A stretch of DNA of 64,000 nucleotides, taken from positions 123,628,001-123,692,000 of the forward strand of contig OX597817.1 in the NCBI GenBank assembly GCA_951406725.2. The letters are read 5' to 3'. This document shows positions 53,225 through 64,000 of this stretch, in pieces. This DNA comes from Octopus vulgaris. Its lineage: Eukaryota. The translations under genes were made by a program, and so were the position numbers. Position 1 is the stretch's first letter, and the number at the start of each line of letters is the position of its first letter. Below the pieces are notes generated by a model. It was not told where the DNA came from. It ran no database searches and was given only the letters and a program-made list of their open reading frames with translations.

Positions 53225-53640
53225 ACACCAGGTCTTCCTGGGTCTACCTCTTCCACAGATTCCCTTAACCGCTAGTTGTGGCACTTTTTCACACAGCTAT
53301 CCTCATCTATTCTCACCACATGACCATACCAGCACAGTCGTGTCTGTTGCACACCACATCTGATGCTTCTTAGGTCCAACTTTTCTCTCAAGGTACTTAC
53401 ACTGTCAAGTATGCACACTGACACTACGCATCCATCGGAGCATACTGGTTTCATTCCTTGCGAGCTTACGCATGTCCTCAGCAGTCACGACCCATGTTTC
53501 ACTGCCATGTAGCATGGCTGTTCGTACACATGAGTCATGCAGTCTACCTTTTACTCTGAGCAAGAGGCCCTTTGTCACCAGCAGAGGTAAGAGCTCTCTG
53601 AACTTTGCCCAGGCTATTCTTATTCTAGCAGCTACATTTT
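53225..53640 (-). pseudogene. RTE-clade LINE ORF C-terminal fragment
   Basis: RIRIAWAKFRELLPLL..KGRL..SCVRTAMLHGSETW..MLRWM and RLCWYGHVVR, then GRPRKTW. Confidence 0.9.
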
Positions 53641-53733
53641 CAGTGTTTATTGCACCTGAGGATTTGCCACATACAAAAACTATCTTCACAGTTAGCCTTC
53701 CTTTGATATTGCTGCACCGCTTATGTGATATAA

Positions 53734-53764
<31 letters not shown>

Positions 53765-53777
53765 TAAATATATATAT

Positions 53778-54127
53778 ATAGAATGGTTGTATACTGTCAA
53801 TCTAACAAGAACGTGACAGTAGGGGGTACACCACCGCTGTATAGCCCTAGGAAGCATCGAACGCCTCCTGATGGCTTTGACACATTTTTCCCTGTGTCCT
53901 TATATACATATTCGAAGGGGAGACAAACACCCCCGGCTGCCGAAACTGCATCTAGGGACACGTGTTTCAGGATCGTTGTCCTTCATCGGCCTAGAGTAGC
54001 AGACCTAGGGCTATACAGCGGTGGTGTACCCCCTACTGTCACGTTCTTGTTACATTGTCAGTATACAACCATTCTATTGCCCCACCACCGTACATGTCTC
54101 TACGAGAGATTTAGAAATTCAATATTT

Positions 54128-54130
<3 letters not shown>
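53778..54130. mobile_element. Penelope terminus with inverted duplication (arms 53778-53851 / 54005-54077) and hammerhead motif
   Basis: near-perfect ~73-bp arms; flanked by (TA)n; hammerhead fold at 53951-53995 on minus strand. Confidence 0.8.
53951..53995 (-). ncRNA. minimal type I hammerhead ribozyme-like motif (U4C core variant)
   Basis: tctagg-CCGATGA-AGGA-caacga-TCCT-GAAA-CACGTG-TC-cctaga: 6-bp stem I, 4-bp stem II, palindromic stem III, GUC site. Confidence 0.7.
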
Positions 54131-54172
<42 letters not shown>

Positions 54173-54727
54173 ATGTATGTATGTATTTATGTATGTATGT
54201 ATATATGTATATGTATATATACATATGCATATGTGTATATGTATATGCTTCCTACAGAGGCCATGTGTTAACAAGTTTTGGGGTCTGAGGATACACTGTA
54301 AAGCTAAGTGCTTTATGGACATGAAACCCAATGTAATTCCATAGTCAGTCTTATATATATATATATATATACACACACATTCACACATACATACCCACTC
54401 ACACACATATATATATAAGGTGGGTGTAAGCATGCATGTATGCATGTATATAATTATCTATTCATATATAAGTATATTATGTATATGTGTAAGCATATTA
54501 ATAATGGAAATAAATATTTTGCAAGTGTATCAAAAATATTTATTTTGAATATTTGAATAAATAATTTAAGCTGAGGAATAAGTAAATATGACAAAAACAT
54601 TACTGTTTAAAGCAATAAAATGTTGGATTATAAAGGTGGTTGAAAATAAATGACACTCAAAATATATACATGTGCATATGTATATGTGTATGCATATATA
54701 TGTGTATGCATATATGTGTGTACGTAT

Positions 54728-54934
54728 ACTCTTACTCTTTCTCTTTTACTTGTTTCAGTCATTTGACTGCAGCCATACTGGAGCACCATCTTTAGTCGAG
54801 CAAATCGACCCTGGGACTTATTCTTTGTAAGCCCAGTACTTATTCTATCGGTCTCTTTTTGCCGAACCGCTAAGTGACGGGGACGTAAACACACCAGCAT
54901 CGGTTGTCAAGCGATGGTGGGGGAACAAACATAT

Positions 54935-54991
<57 letters not shown>

Positions 54992-55156
54992 TACGACAGA
55001 CTTCTTTCAGTTTCCGTCTACCAAATCCACTCACACGGCATTGGTCGGCCCGAGGCTATAGCAGAAGACACTTGCCCAAGATGCCACGCAGTGGGACTGA
55101 ACCCGGAACCATGTGGTTGGTAAGCAAGCTACTTACCACACAGCCACTCCTGCACC
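54728..55156 (-). mobile_element. family A SINE, full length
   Basis: reverse complement of family A consensus. Confidence 0.93.
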
Positions 55157-55252
55157 TGTGTATGTAAGTATGTATGTATGTATGTATGTACACACACAGT
55201 CATACACATACACACACACGCATATATGTAAGTGTGTGTATATATATATATA

Positions 55253-55645
55253 GGTGCAGGCGTGGTTGTGGGGTAAGAAGCTACTTCCCACTGGGTTCAG
55301 TCCCACAGCATGGCAAATGTCTTCTGCTACTGCCTTCGTGCCAAACAAAGACTTTTGAGCAGATTTGGTAGATGGAAACTGAAAGAAACTTGTTGTATGT
55401 ATATGTATCTATGTGTGTGTGTGTTTGTGTCTGTGTCTGTCTGCCTCCCCCCTATGACCACTTGATAACTGGTGTTGGTGTGTTTGTGTCCCTCTAACTT
55501 AGTGGTGCAGCAAAAGAGACTGATAGAATAAGTACTAGGCTTAAAAAATATTTACTGGTGTCGATTTGTTTGACTGAACTCTCTCAAGGGGATGCTCCAA
55601 CATGGCCACAGTCAAATGCTTAAAACAAGTAAAAGAATAAAGAAT
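55253..55645 (+). mobile_element. family A SINE, older subfamily
   Basis: head-to-head with 54728-55156. Confidence 0.85.
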
Positions 55646-55676
<31 letters not shown>

Positions 55677-55682
55677 TATTCA

Positions 55683-56120
55683 CAGACATGACAGAAGTAA
55701 AGAGACACCCTTATAATCATTAAAATTTATTCAAATCTGAAATTATTCAAATTATTTTTTTAATTGTTATAATGTGAATATTTAATATTTAGTAGACATG
55801 CCCTTTGCATTTTTCAAAGCAATGACCCTACTAGGAATGTAACTGATCAGATGACGAATATTCTCTTGCAGAATTTTTTGCCAAGTTCCATGTAGTAATC
55901 TCGAAATATCTGGCTTTGAAGATGCTTTCTTGTTCTTTTATGAAATGTCCTGTCCATTATGTCCCGGAGGTGTCCAATAGGGTTCATATTTGATGACTAG
56001 CTTGGCCAAGAAAGCTTTTTAATGCCATTCTCATTCAACAAATCTTGAGTTATTTTAGCCATATGACAAGGAGCCCCATCTTCCATAAATAAAGATGATT
56101 ATTCAATTCCCCTGCAGATC
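55683..56120 (-). pseudogene. Tc1-type transposase C-terminal fragment and terminal region
   Basis: minus strand FMEDGAPCHMAKITQDLL..GIKKLSWPS*SSNMNPIGHL, resembling DNAPxH..WPxxSPDLNPIE. Confidence 0.8.
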
Positions 56121-56149
56121 TGCATGGCTTGAAGCATAAGTGTCAAATT

Positions 56150-56685
56150 AATGCTGTAACTTCCATAGGAGCGATCAGGTCACTTTGTAGCATATGATGT
56201 TTGTGTACTGCCACATGTATTTCTTATTTTCAGACTAAAAATCGACTTGCACACTTTTCCATATATTGTACACATTAAATTACCTGATCTAGGAGAGCAG
56301 ATATTTCTTGTAGTTGATCTTTCAACGGACTTCAAATGGTTGGCATTACCAGCCTAAAAATGGAATATATGATCACACATTTCTGATGCAAGTGCTTTAT
56401 GTTCTCATTGAGATTTCGATGACAGCCTTTCCAAAACCTTGTGCTCAAGGCTACCCTCTTCAAAAGTTTCACAATTTTCCCCAATGAGTTTCCTCCACTA
56501 GCTCTTCCCAGTTCTTTATATCGATTTGCAGTTCCTTCAGTTTGCCTTTTATGCAATCTTTGTCTTTGTACTTTTATCTTAGTTTATGATGCAGTTACTT
56601 ACTAGTGTTCAGCTTACCACAGAACAAATGCTTTGAAAATCTATTGTCTTTAGCACGTACAACATGGCCTGCTCAATGCATCTGT
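56150..56685 (-). pseudogene. decayed RTE (BovB-like) LINE 3' end
   Basis: minus strand QMH*AGHVVRAKDNRFSKHLFCGKL, resembling QLRWAGHVxRMxDxRxPKxxLYGEL; C-terminal GKVCKS zinc-finger trace. Confidence 0.65.
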
Positions 56686-57199
56686 ATGTACATGTATATG
56701 CATATATATGTGTGTGTATACACACATTCACACACACATGTGAGTAGGACAGGTTTCTGAAATATGTAATGCAACTATTATTATATTAAACATATAGTAA
56801 CCCTCTACTTGATATCATTGTTTTGATATTTTATTCAATACAATATACGATTTTTAAAATTGTCTGCTACTACACTCTATTCTTCAAGTACTGCAATTGT
56901 ATTGAACTTCCTCAAAGTCTACTTACATAAAAGAATACTTGCTTTAAGCAAAATGCCAGAATTTTACTCTTGAAAACTGAATAAATATTTGCATTGAAGA
57001 TCTTTTCAGATTTCTGATATCATTGTTGTTTATATTTTTGTGGTTATATGCAAACATACATACATGCATATGTATAAGTGTGTGTATATATATATATACA
57101 TACATATATATATATATATATACACATACACACACACACATATATATATACATATATACACACACACACACACACATATATATATTATATATATATAAG

Positions 57200-57257
<58 letters not shown>

Positions 57258-57304
57258 TATATATATATATGCATATATATATACACACACACACACATAT
57301 ATAT

Positions 57305-57359
<55 letters not shown>

Positions 57360-57364
<5 letters not shown>

Positions 57365-58248
57365 GATGTGGTGAATATATTGCCATCTAAATTATGCAAA
57401 AATGAAAATAACACTGACATCTCATTTTAACAGATATATTTGCCAAAATTACATAAAAGTATCTTGAAATACTAAAGAGGAAATTTATTCAATAAAACAG
57501 CCATTGGCTTCAACCACAGCCTCCAAATGACTTCGGAATCTCCTACAACTCTTCTAGATGGTCTCCTTGTTTAAGTTGGTGAATGCTGCCATAATCTTTA
57601 GCTTCAGTTCATCTTTTGTGTTACAAGGAGTTTTGTTGGTCTCTTGCTCCACTGTGCTCCACACATAATTATGAATAGTGTTGCAGTCGTATGAGTTAGA
57701 TTGCCAGATGTTAGGGTGATGTGGTAGCAGAAATTGTCTTACAGCTATGACTGGGTTCTCTTGCTTGTATGGCATGGTGCAGAATCTTGTTGCCAGACAG
57801 AAGGACCTTCCAGCAGCCACACCTCTTGACCCAGGGCAGCTCTACCTCCTCCAGGCACTTGATGTAGGCCTCCATGTTGAGTTTGAGGCTGTGTAATAGG
57901 AATGGAGGCATAACGTTGCCATCACTAGTGATCACTCCAAACACCATGATGTTGACTAGGTATTTGATATTTGTCACTCTTGGTACATATTTTGGGGACA
58001 TGGCAAGCCAATGTTTGTTCTGTGTGTTCATCATCTGTTCGTATTGGAGCCTCTGGCACCAATGCCAAGCAGTACAATATATTGTTTCCAAATATCTGGC
58101 GGAGTGAATTGTGTCATGGTATTGTTTTCCTCACAGATGGTGCCCAAATGACCCTACAATACTGTGTAGTCAACAAAATCAAAAACAACTAGGAACATGC
58201 ACAAAATTAAAAATATAAAATGGTGACAATCTTCCCACAACACCCTGT
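57360..58248 (-). mobile_element. internally deleted Tc1/mariner element of DD37D (maT)-like type with TIRs
   Basis: IMVFGVITSDG.VMPP, VWQQDSAPCHTS, W..NS.DCN...NYVW motifs; TIRs acaggatgtggtgaatatattgccatct / atggtgacaatcttcccacaacaccctgt in (TA)n. Confidence 0.85.
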
Positions 58249-58286
58249 GTACATATTTATATATGTATATATACACACACATATAT

Positions 58287-58341
<55 letters not shown>

Positions 58342-58362
58342 TACACATACATATATACATAC

Positions 58363-58470
<108 letters not shown>

Positions 58471-59083
58471 CAATGATATATTATCATTGTTATTTCACTG
58501 GCAAACAATTTTCTACCATATCTTCTTTGCATCAATTTTTGTAAAAATCTATATAGACTAAACTGATTGCAATGGTGGCAGCGGGGGGTCATATTTGTTT
58601 TAATCTATTTTGCTTTTGTGTTTGTGTTGAATGATTATTTTTAATGTGAAATTGTGTGACACAAAAAATTTGTTTTATCTCAAGAGAAGCATTTTGCTAT
58701 GAACCACACACATACTGGTTCTGTTTCACTCTTTATTAAAATTACTCGACTATTTAACCTTTTAAACAATTAGCTAATCAATTGCTTGATTAATTTTTCA
58801 ATCAATCAGTCAGCTATGTTTATCTAAGTCCTTTTGTTGTTGTTTGTGACCTTATCAACTGACATGCCCTTGATACTCCAGGTCTGTTTGTCTCGTAGTT
58901 TACAGATTCTATATTTATATTTACGGGAATGTGTGTGAAAATGAGAGACAGAAGAAGAGAGAGAGAAGTAGGAGAGTGATAGAGATTGAACCTGTGTGTT
59001 TGTGTGCATCACTCTGTACTTACACATGATATGTCTTCTGTAAGAGGTGTAAGTGTATAATTTTTCTTATTTACTTTTCCTAT

Positions 59084-59250
59084 AGTGCAGGCATGGCCGT
59101 GTGGTAAGAAGCTTGCTTTCCAACCACGTGGTTAGGAGTTCTGTCCCACTGTGTAGCACTTTTGACAAATATCTTCACTATATCCTCAGGTGAGTGGATT
59201 TGAACCTTGTGAGTGGATTTGATTGATACAAACTGAAAGAAACTTATTGT
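59084..59250 (+). mobile_element. diverged family A SINE head
   Basis: gtgcaggcatggccgtgtggtaagaagcttgc..ccttgtgagtggattt. Confidence 0.75.
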
Positions 59251-59254
59251 ATAA

Positions 59255-59290
<36 letters not shown>

Positions 59291-59298
<8 letters not shown>

Positions 59299-59580
59299 AA
59301 AGGGCTTAGTAAAATAAATTACTTCGCCGCATACTGAACTCATTAGAAATAGCAGCTAAAAACTTTTTTAAAGCTATTTCTAATACTTAAAGAAAATCTC
59401 TCTCATATATAGTGTTTGCTTAATTCAACTCACAACTGTGAGTTGAATTAAGCAAACACTATATATGAGAGAGATTTTCTTTAAGTATTAGAAATAGCTT
59501 TAAAAAAGTTTTGTAGCTGCTATTTCTAATGAGTTCAGTATTATTTAAGTAATTTATTTTACTAAGCCCTTTTATATAAT
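59291..59580. repeat. near-perfect 290-bp palindrome with 2-nt loop
   Basis: centre caactcaca-ac-tgtgagttg at 59435-59436; arms match except cgccgc versus tattt and one small indel/substitution. Confidence 0.92.
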
Positions 59581-60496
59581 GTAATAATTTGAATTCGCCT
59601 TAAATGGTCCCTTTGCATACTGAACACTTGGTGAAATTGATTAATAATTAATTAATTTTACCCTCAATTGTTGAAAATATATATATATATATATATTTTA
59701 AACAAGTAACTGCACTCCTAGAATTTTGGACTTGTGCCTATTTTAGCAATGATAAAACCAAACTGCTAGATGCTTGGTCAGATACCATGAATGAAACACC
59801 ATAGTTTCACATGATCAAGCTATGAATCGACCAATCAGTGTGGGCTGCAGCATGATATGGTATTCTTGAATGTCCTTCTTGCTTTTCTAATCATAGAGTG
59901 TTGTAGGTAGCTGAATTACTTGTACCTTCATTCATGCTATACAGACAGTTCTGGGTTCATGCACAGATAACTCCAGGCTCTCAGACAGATCCATTCTTAA
60001 CATTAACACGTTTGACTCATAAGTAACTTCTATGGATGCAGTGTAGTTTTTCTCTCTCTCAGTTGGCAATTATTACATTGTTCATTGTAAATAACCGACA
60101 CCATATACATTTATGTTCGGCAATAGCTCTTCTGTTAAAGGTTCATGAGTTTTCTTCAGTTATTATTCATGCAGCCAATGAAATATATCTTCATTTCCCT
60201 GCTACTCAAGTGACAAGCAACCAGTGATGCTATGTTAGAAACAGTTGGATTGCTTGAATTGTTAAGGCATTACACAAAATGTCTACTTTAGAATTAGCTC
60301 CAGGATTTTACATTCTCATTTCAAATTCCACTTAAATCTACTTTAAATTCTTCAGGTGTCAATGATAGGTATTGTTTCGATTTTTAGGGCCCACTTTCAA
60401 GTTACCACTATTTCCAGATCTTTGTATTTTGAAATTTTTCTGTTTCTTTTAGAGAAACATTGTCACCTGTTGGTACAGATACAATGATTAGGCAAT

Positions 60497-60521
60497 ATTA
60501 TCATTGTTATTATTGTTATTA

Positions 60522-60577
<56 letters not shown>

Positions 60578-60645
60578 CTCTTTCAATTCGTTTCCATTTC
60601 TTGCCGAGTGTCTTCCCAACACCTAGGGTAAAGAAACTCACTGTA
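60497..60645 (-). mobile_element. 3' end of a (TAA)n-tailed non-LTR element (related piece at 63187-63245)
   Basis: (TAT)n then ttccatttcttgccgagtgtcttccc..acacctaggg, repeated in diverged form at 63187-63245. Confidence 0.55.
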
Positions 60646-60825
60646 TAGATTGGTAAGCTATTAAAATAAGCACACTGCATAGTTCATTTTCAAAGTCATG
60701 TGATAGAATAAAAGGGAAAGAAACATAGGAAGGAAGAAGAAAAAAAGATGAAAATAAAGGAAAGCAAAGAAAATGAGGGGTGAGGAAACGAAAGAAAATT
60801 CACAGTGACAATGCACTGTGATGTA

Positions 60826-60872
<47 letters not shown>

Positions 60873-60984
60873 CACACATACATATATGTGTGTGTGTGCA
60901 TACATACATACATACATACATACATACATACATACATACATACATACGTACGTACACATATATATGCATACACATATACATATG

Positions 60985-61610
60985 CGTGTGATGTACCAAT
61001 TAAGTCAATCTGTTGCACTTCCTGCATGGATGGTAAGCCAGGGATCATCTTCAAATAATTTTCAGATCCCTTTTTGATCATTCCAAGTAATCCTACAATC
61101 ACTGGTATTATAACCATTTTGAAATGCAACATTTTTCCGATTTCAGTCAGCAAATCTTTATATTTTCTGAGCCTATCAAATTCTTTTGCTGAGATATTAT
61201 GATCACAAGGTATGTTCATGTCAATCAATAACCAGATTTTATTTTTTGGTCTTTCACAACAATATCTGGTTTATTAGCTTTGCTGGTCCGGTATGTATTT
61301 ACTGGAAAGTTCCGAAGAATTGTTACATTTCCCTCTCAGTTACAGCCTTAGGATGGTGCTTGTACCATTTGTTAGCAGTTTTGATTTTATAATGCCGACA
61401 TTATCCAGAGTAGATATTGGCCAAGTTTGTCATGTCAAGATTTATATTCTACTGGTGCTACAACCTCACAGCCAAAGATTAGGTGGTCCACTGTTTCAAT
61501 TTCATATTTGCAGTATCAACAGTTTGGTTCTACTCCATTTTTCATCATGTTTCTTTGGTAATTCCGAATCAATAATAACTGATCTTGAGCAGCTAAGATA
61601 AAGCCTTCAC
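60985..61610 (-). pseudogene. R4/Dong-type LINE, restriction-like endonuclease C-terminus
   Basis: KANKPDIVVKD..IDMNIPCDHNISAKEFD.L.KYKDL..EI.KM....IIPVIVG.LG (ORF 60827-61228); adjoins (ATT)n. Confidence 0.82.
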
Positions 61611-61623
61611 TCTCTGCCTATCA

Positions 61624-61673
<50 letters not shown>

Positions 61674-61758
61674 GTGACTATTTCAGGGGTAAGAATATGT
61701 TTGTATGTAAATGTGAATGTATTGTGTGTGTGTGTGTGTGTGTATGTCTGTGTGTTTG

Positions 61759-61811
<53 letters not shown>

Positions 61812-63349
61812 CTATATTTATGTATATGTGTGGGTATTTGTGTGTTCTTTCTAAGTCAATTGTATCATCAAACATCTCCCAATCAACTTATACATCCTCA
61901 AGCTAAAAGTCAACTTATATAATGTCATGCAAAAAACACTATTACCTCCTAATAGCTCATCACACTGATGAAAATATAATTTCTTTGAGTGTTTCCAGGA
62001 TTTGGTTTCTCTCAGAAATAATGTTATTTAAACAATTTGTAAAGAGAAACAGACATGTGCAATTGCAGAGTTACATTAGAATAACCTTCTTATGCATACA
62101 CACTGAAATTGGCTTGCTAAGTCTCGAAGCAACAAAAGTCTATGACCCAATCAAAAACATCAAAGCTGTTACAGATGCTACTACTGCTGCTTCTACTGCT
62201 AACAACAACAATATCGACAACAACATAAATATCAAAACAGCAAAACCAATTGTTTCTAATTTTGGTATAAAGCCTGCAATAGTGAAGAGAGTTAAGTTAG
62301 TAAATTACATTGACTCAATATTTAAGCTGCTATTTAATTCTATGGACTCCAGAGGGATCAAAGAACAAGTTTATTTTGGTAAGACTTAATTTTATGTTGC
62401 AAAGAGCCAGGACAAATACTGCGAAGTATTTTGTCTGAAAATCTAACGATTCATCCAATGGGGTTCTGATATCACTTTTGGCTAAAGGAAAGGTGAAATG
62501 TACTAATGCTAGCACTTGACTGGTGCTTTATTCTCCTGACTGCAGAAGGATAAAAGCAAAGTTGACCTTAGCAAGGAGTTGAACATAGAAATTAAGTGGT
62601 TATAACTAAATCCTGCAAAACAATTAGTCCTCCACGGCATCTGTTGTTCAATTCACCTGCAATAACTTGCAGTAAAATTAAGAGAAACAAATGAGTGAAG
62701 GTCAACAGAAATTCACATCAAACTTTAATTAGTCCATGTACATCTTTATTTAACTTGTGATTAGATATGTATTTCATTTTTATTTATAGCATTCATCAAA
62801 TAAGTTCCAGTGTACAAATTAAAGCTATGCTTAGCTGAGGAGGTCTGATAAGACTGGAACATATCCAGAGTTGTGACTTCTTTTACCAAAGACAAAACTT
62901 ACTTCTGACTCACTTATCATTTTTCGTTTTTCATAACTCGCTTTTCATTTTTAGTCATCTGCTTTTTGAAGTTATTTCCTGTGTGTCTGGTACACACAGG
63001 AAAGTATCATTAAACTGGCTGATTTTTTTTCTCGTTATCAATGATGAAATTTTCATTCATGAACATCTTTATTATCATCATCCTTTTATTATGTCCGATT
63101 TTCCATGCTGGCATGGTTTGCATGAGTCATTGCAATTTGAATCAGTTGTTATTTAGAAGGGCCAAGGGTCACATCTCATTCATAGTTCTTCCATTTCTCG
63201 CCAAGTGTTTTCCGTACACCTAGGGCAGAGAAGCTCATTGTATGCATTCCCAAATTACACACACAAATTCACAGGTAAAATATGTATTTAAAAAATTAAT
63301 AAATAAATAAATTCATGAATGGATATTTTCACAGGGATAATGCTCTTCT

Positions 63350-63520
63350 CATCATCATCATCATCATTGTTCGACCGTGGTCGAGACAATGGAATTTACC
63401 ATGTTGCGCCAGACTTCACGGTCCATCATAGCATTACGGAGGTCCTGTTGCTGGATGCCTGTATCCCTGGAGATTACATCAGGGTAGGAGAGTGTGCGCC
63501 CTCTGGTGTTGCGAGTAGAC
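63350..63520 (-). mobile_element. LINE 3' end (RTE/RTE-X like), stop codon runs into (TGA)n tail
   Basis: minus strand RGRTLSYPDVISRDTGIQQQDLRNAMMDREVWRNMV..*. Confidence 0.7.
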
Positions 63521-63534
63521 ATGAGTCATTCCAG

Positions 63535-63855
63535 TTAACATGATTTTTGCACTTCCTGTAAGGATGGTAAGCCTGGTATCATTTTCAAATAGGTTTCAGT
63601 ACCTTTTTTCTATCATTCCTAGAGACCCTACAATCTTCTGGTACTGTAGTCACCTTGAGATGCCACATTTTTTCAGTTTCTATTAGCAAGTATATATTTA
63701 CTGATCTTGTCGAATTCTTTTGCCGCTATATTGTGATTGCAAGGAATACTCATATCAATTAATAAACACATCCTTTTTGTCTGATCTTTTATAATAATAT
63801 CCGGTTTATTAGCTTTTATTTTCTGATCTTTTATAATAACATCCGGTTTATTAGC

Positions 63856-63860
<5 letters not shown>
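63535..63860 (-). pseudogene. second R4/Dong-type RLE fragment
   Basis: homologous to 60985-61290; ~37-bp tandem duplication at 63781-63858; abuts (ATT)n. Confidence 0.8.
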
Positions 63861-63906
<46 letters not shown>

Positions 63907-64000
63907 TACTATTACTATTATTATTATTATTATTCAGTAGTTTTATTTTTATAGTGTGCTTTCACTTCACTACCGAGCACAGCTCTGTGTGCCTTGGGTA
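63861..64000 (-). mobile_element. 3' end of a (TAA)n-tailed non-LTR element running off the window
   Basis: minus strand cccaaggcacacagagctgtgctcgg..aaaataaaactactg-(AAT)n. Confidence 0.5.

Noticed and set aside
59311-59347. ctaatgag..gaag as a hammerhead in the large palindrome
   Set aside because: Both core halves deviate and stem II does not pair convincingly
61922-62389. 155-aa ORF
   Set aside because: Low-complexity middle, 3' part overlaps a decayed SINE, no recognisable domain

Overview
AT-rich eukaryotic, repeat-dominated DNA with no recognisable intact host protein-coding gene; probably a large intron or intergenic region. The SINE families, the (GAT)n-tailed RTE LINE ends and the very dense (TA)n/(CA)n/(TACA)n microsatellites suggest an octopus (coleoid cephalopod) genome; this is inferred from repeat content. 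Nearly all ORFs in the supplied track are microsatellite or repeat artefacts. Real coding traces are all decayed transposons: Penelope-like elements (RT and GIY-YIG), RTE, CR1 and R4/Dong-type LINEs, a Ty3/Gypsy pol remnant, and mariner, Tc1 and DD37D transposases. There are also non-autonomous Helitrons, piggyBac- and mariner-type MITEs, and three to four SINE families. The most notable signals are: (1) seven long inverted repeats or palindromes, most derived from Penelope 3' ends, and at least seven minimal hammerhead-ribozyme-like motifs with variant cores (CTGATGA, CCGATGA, CCAACGA, TTGAAAA); (2) a U6 snRNA pseudogene split by a SINE fragment at the ACAGAGA box; (3) combinatorial body/tail shuffling among tRNA-SINEs; (4) a SINE whose internal microsatellite has absorbed about 2 kb of nested insertions. 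Coordinates were read by eye and may be off by a few bases.
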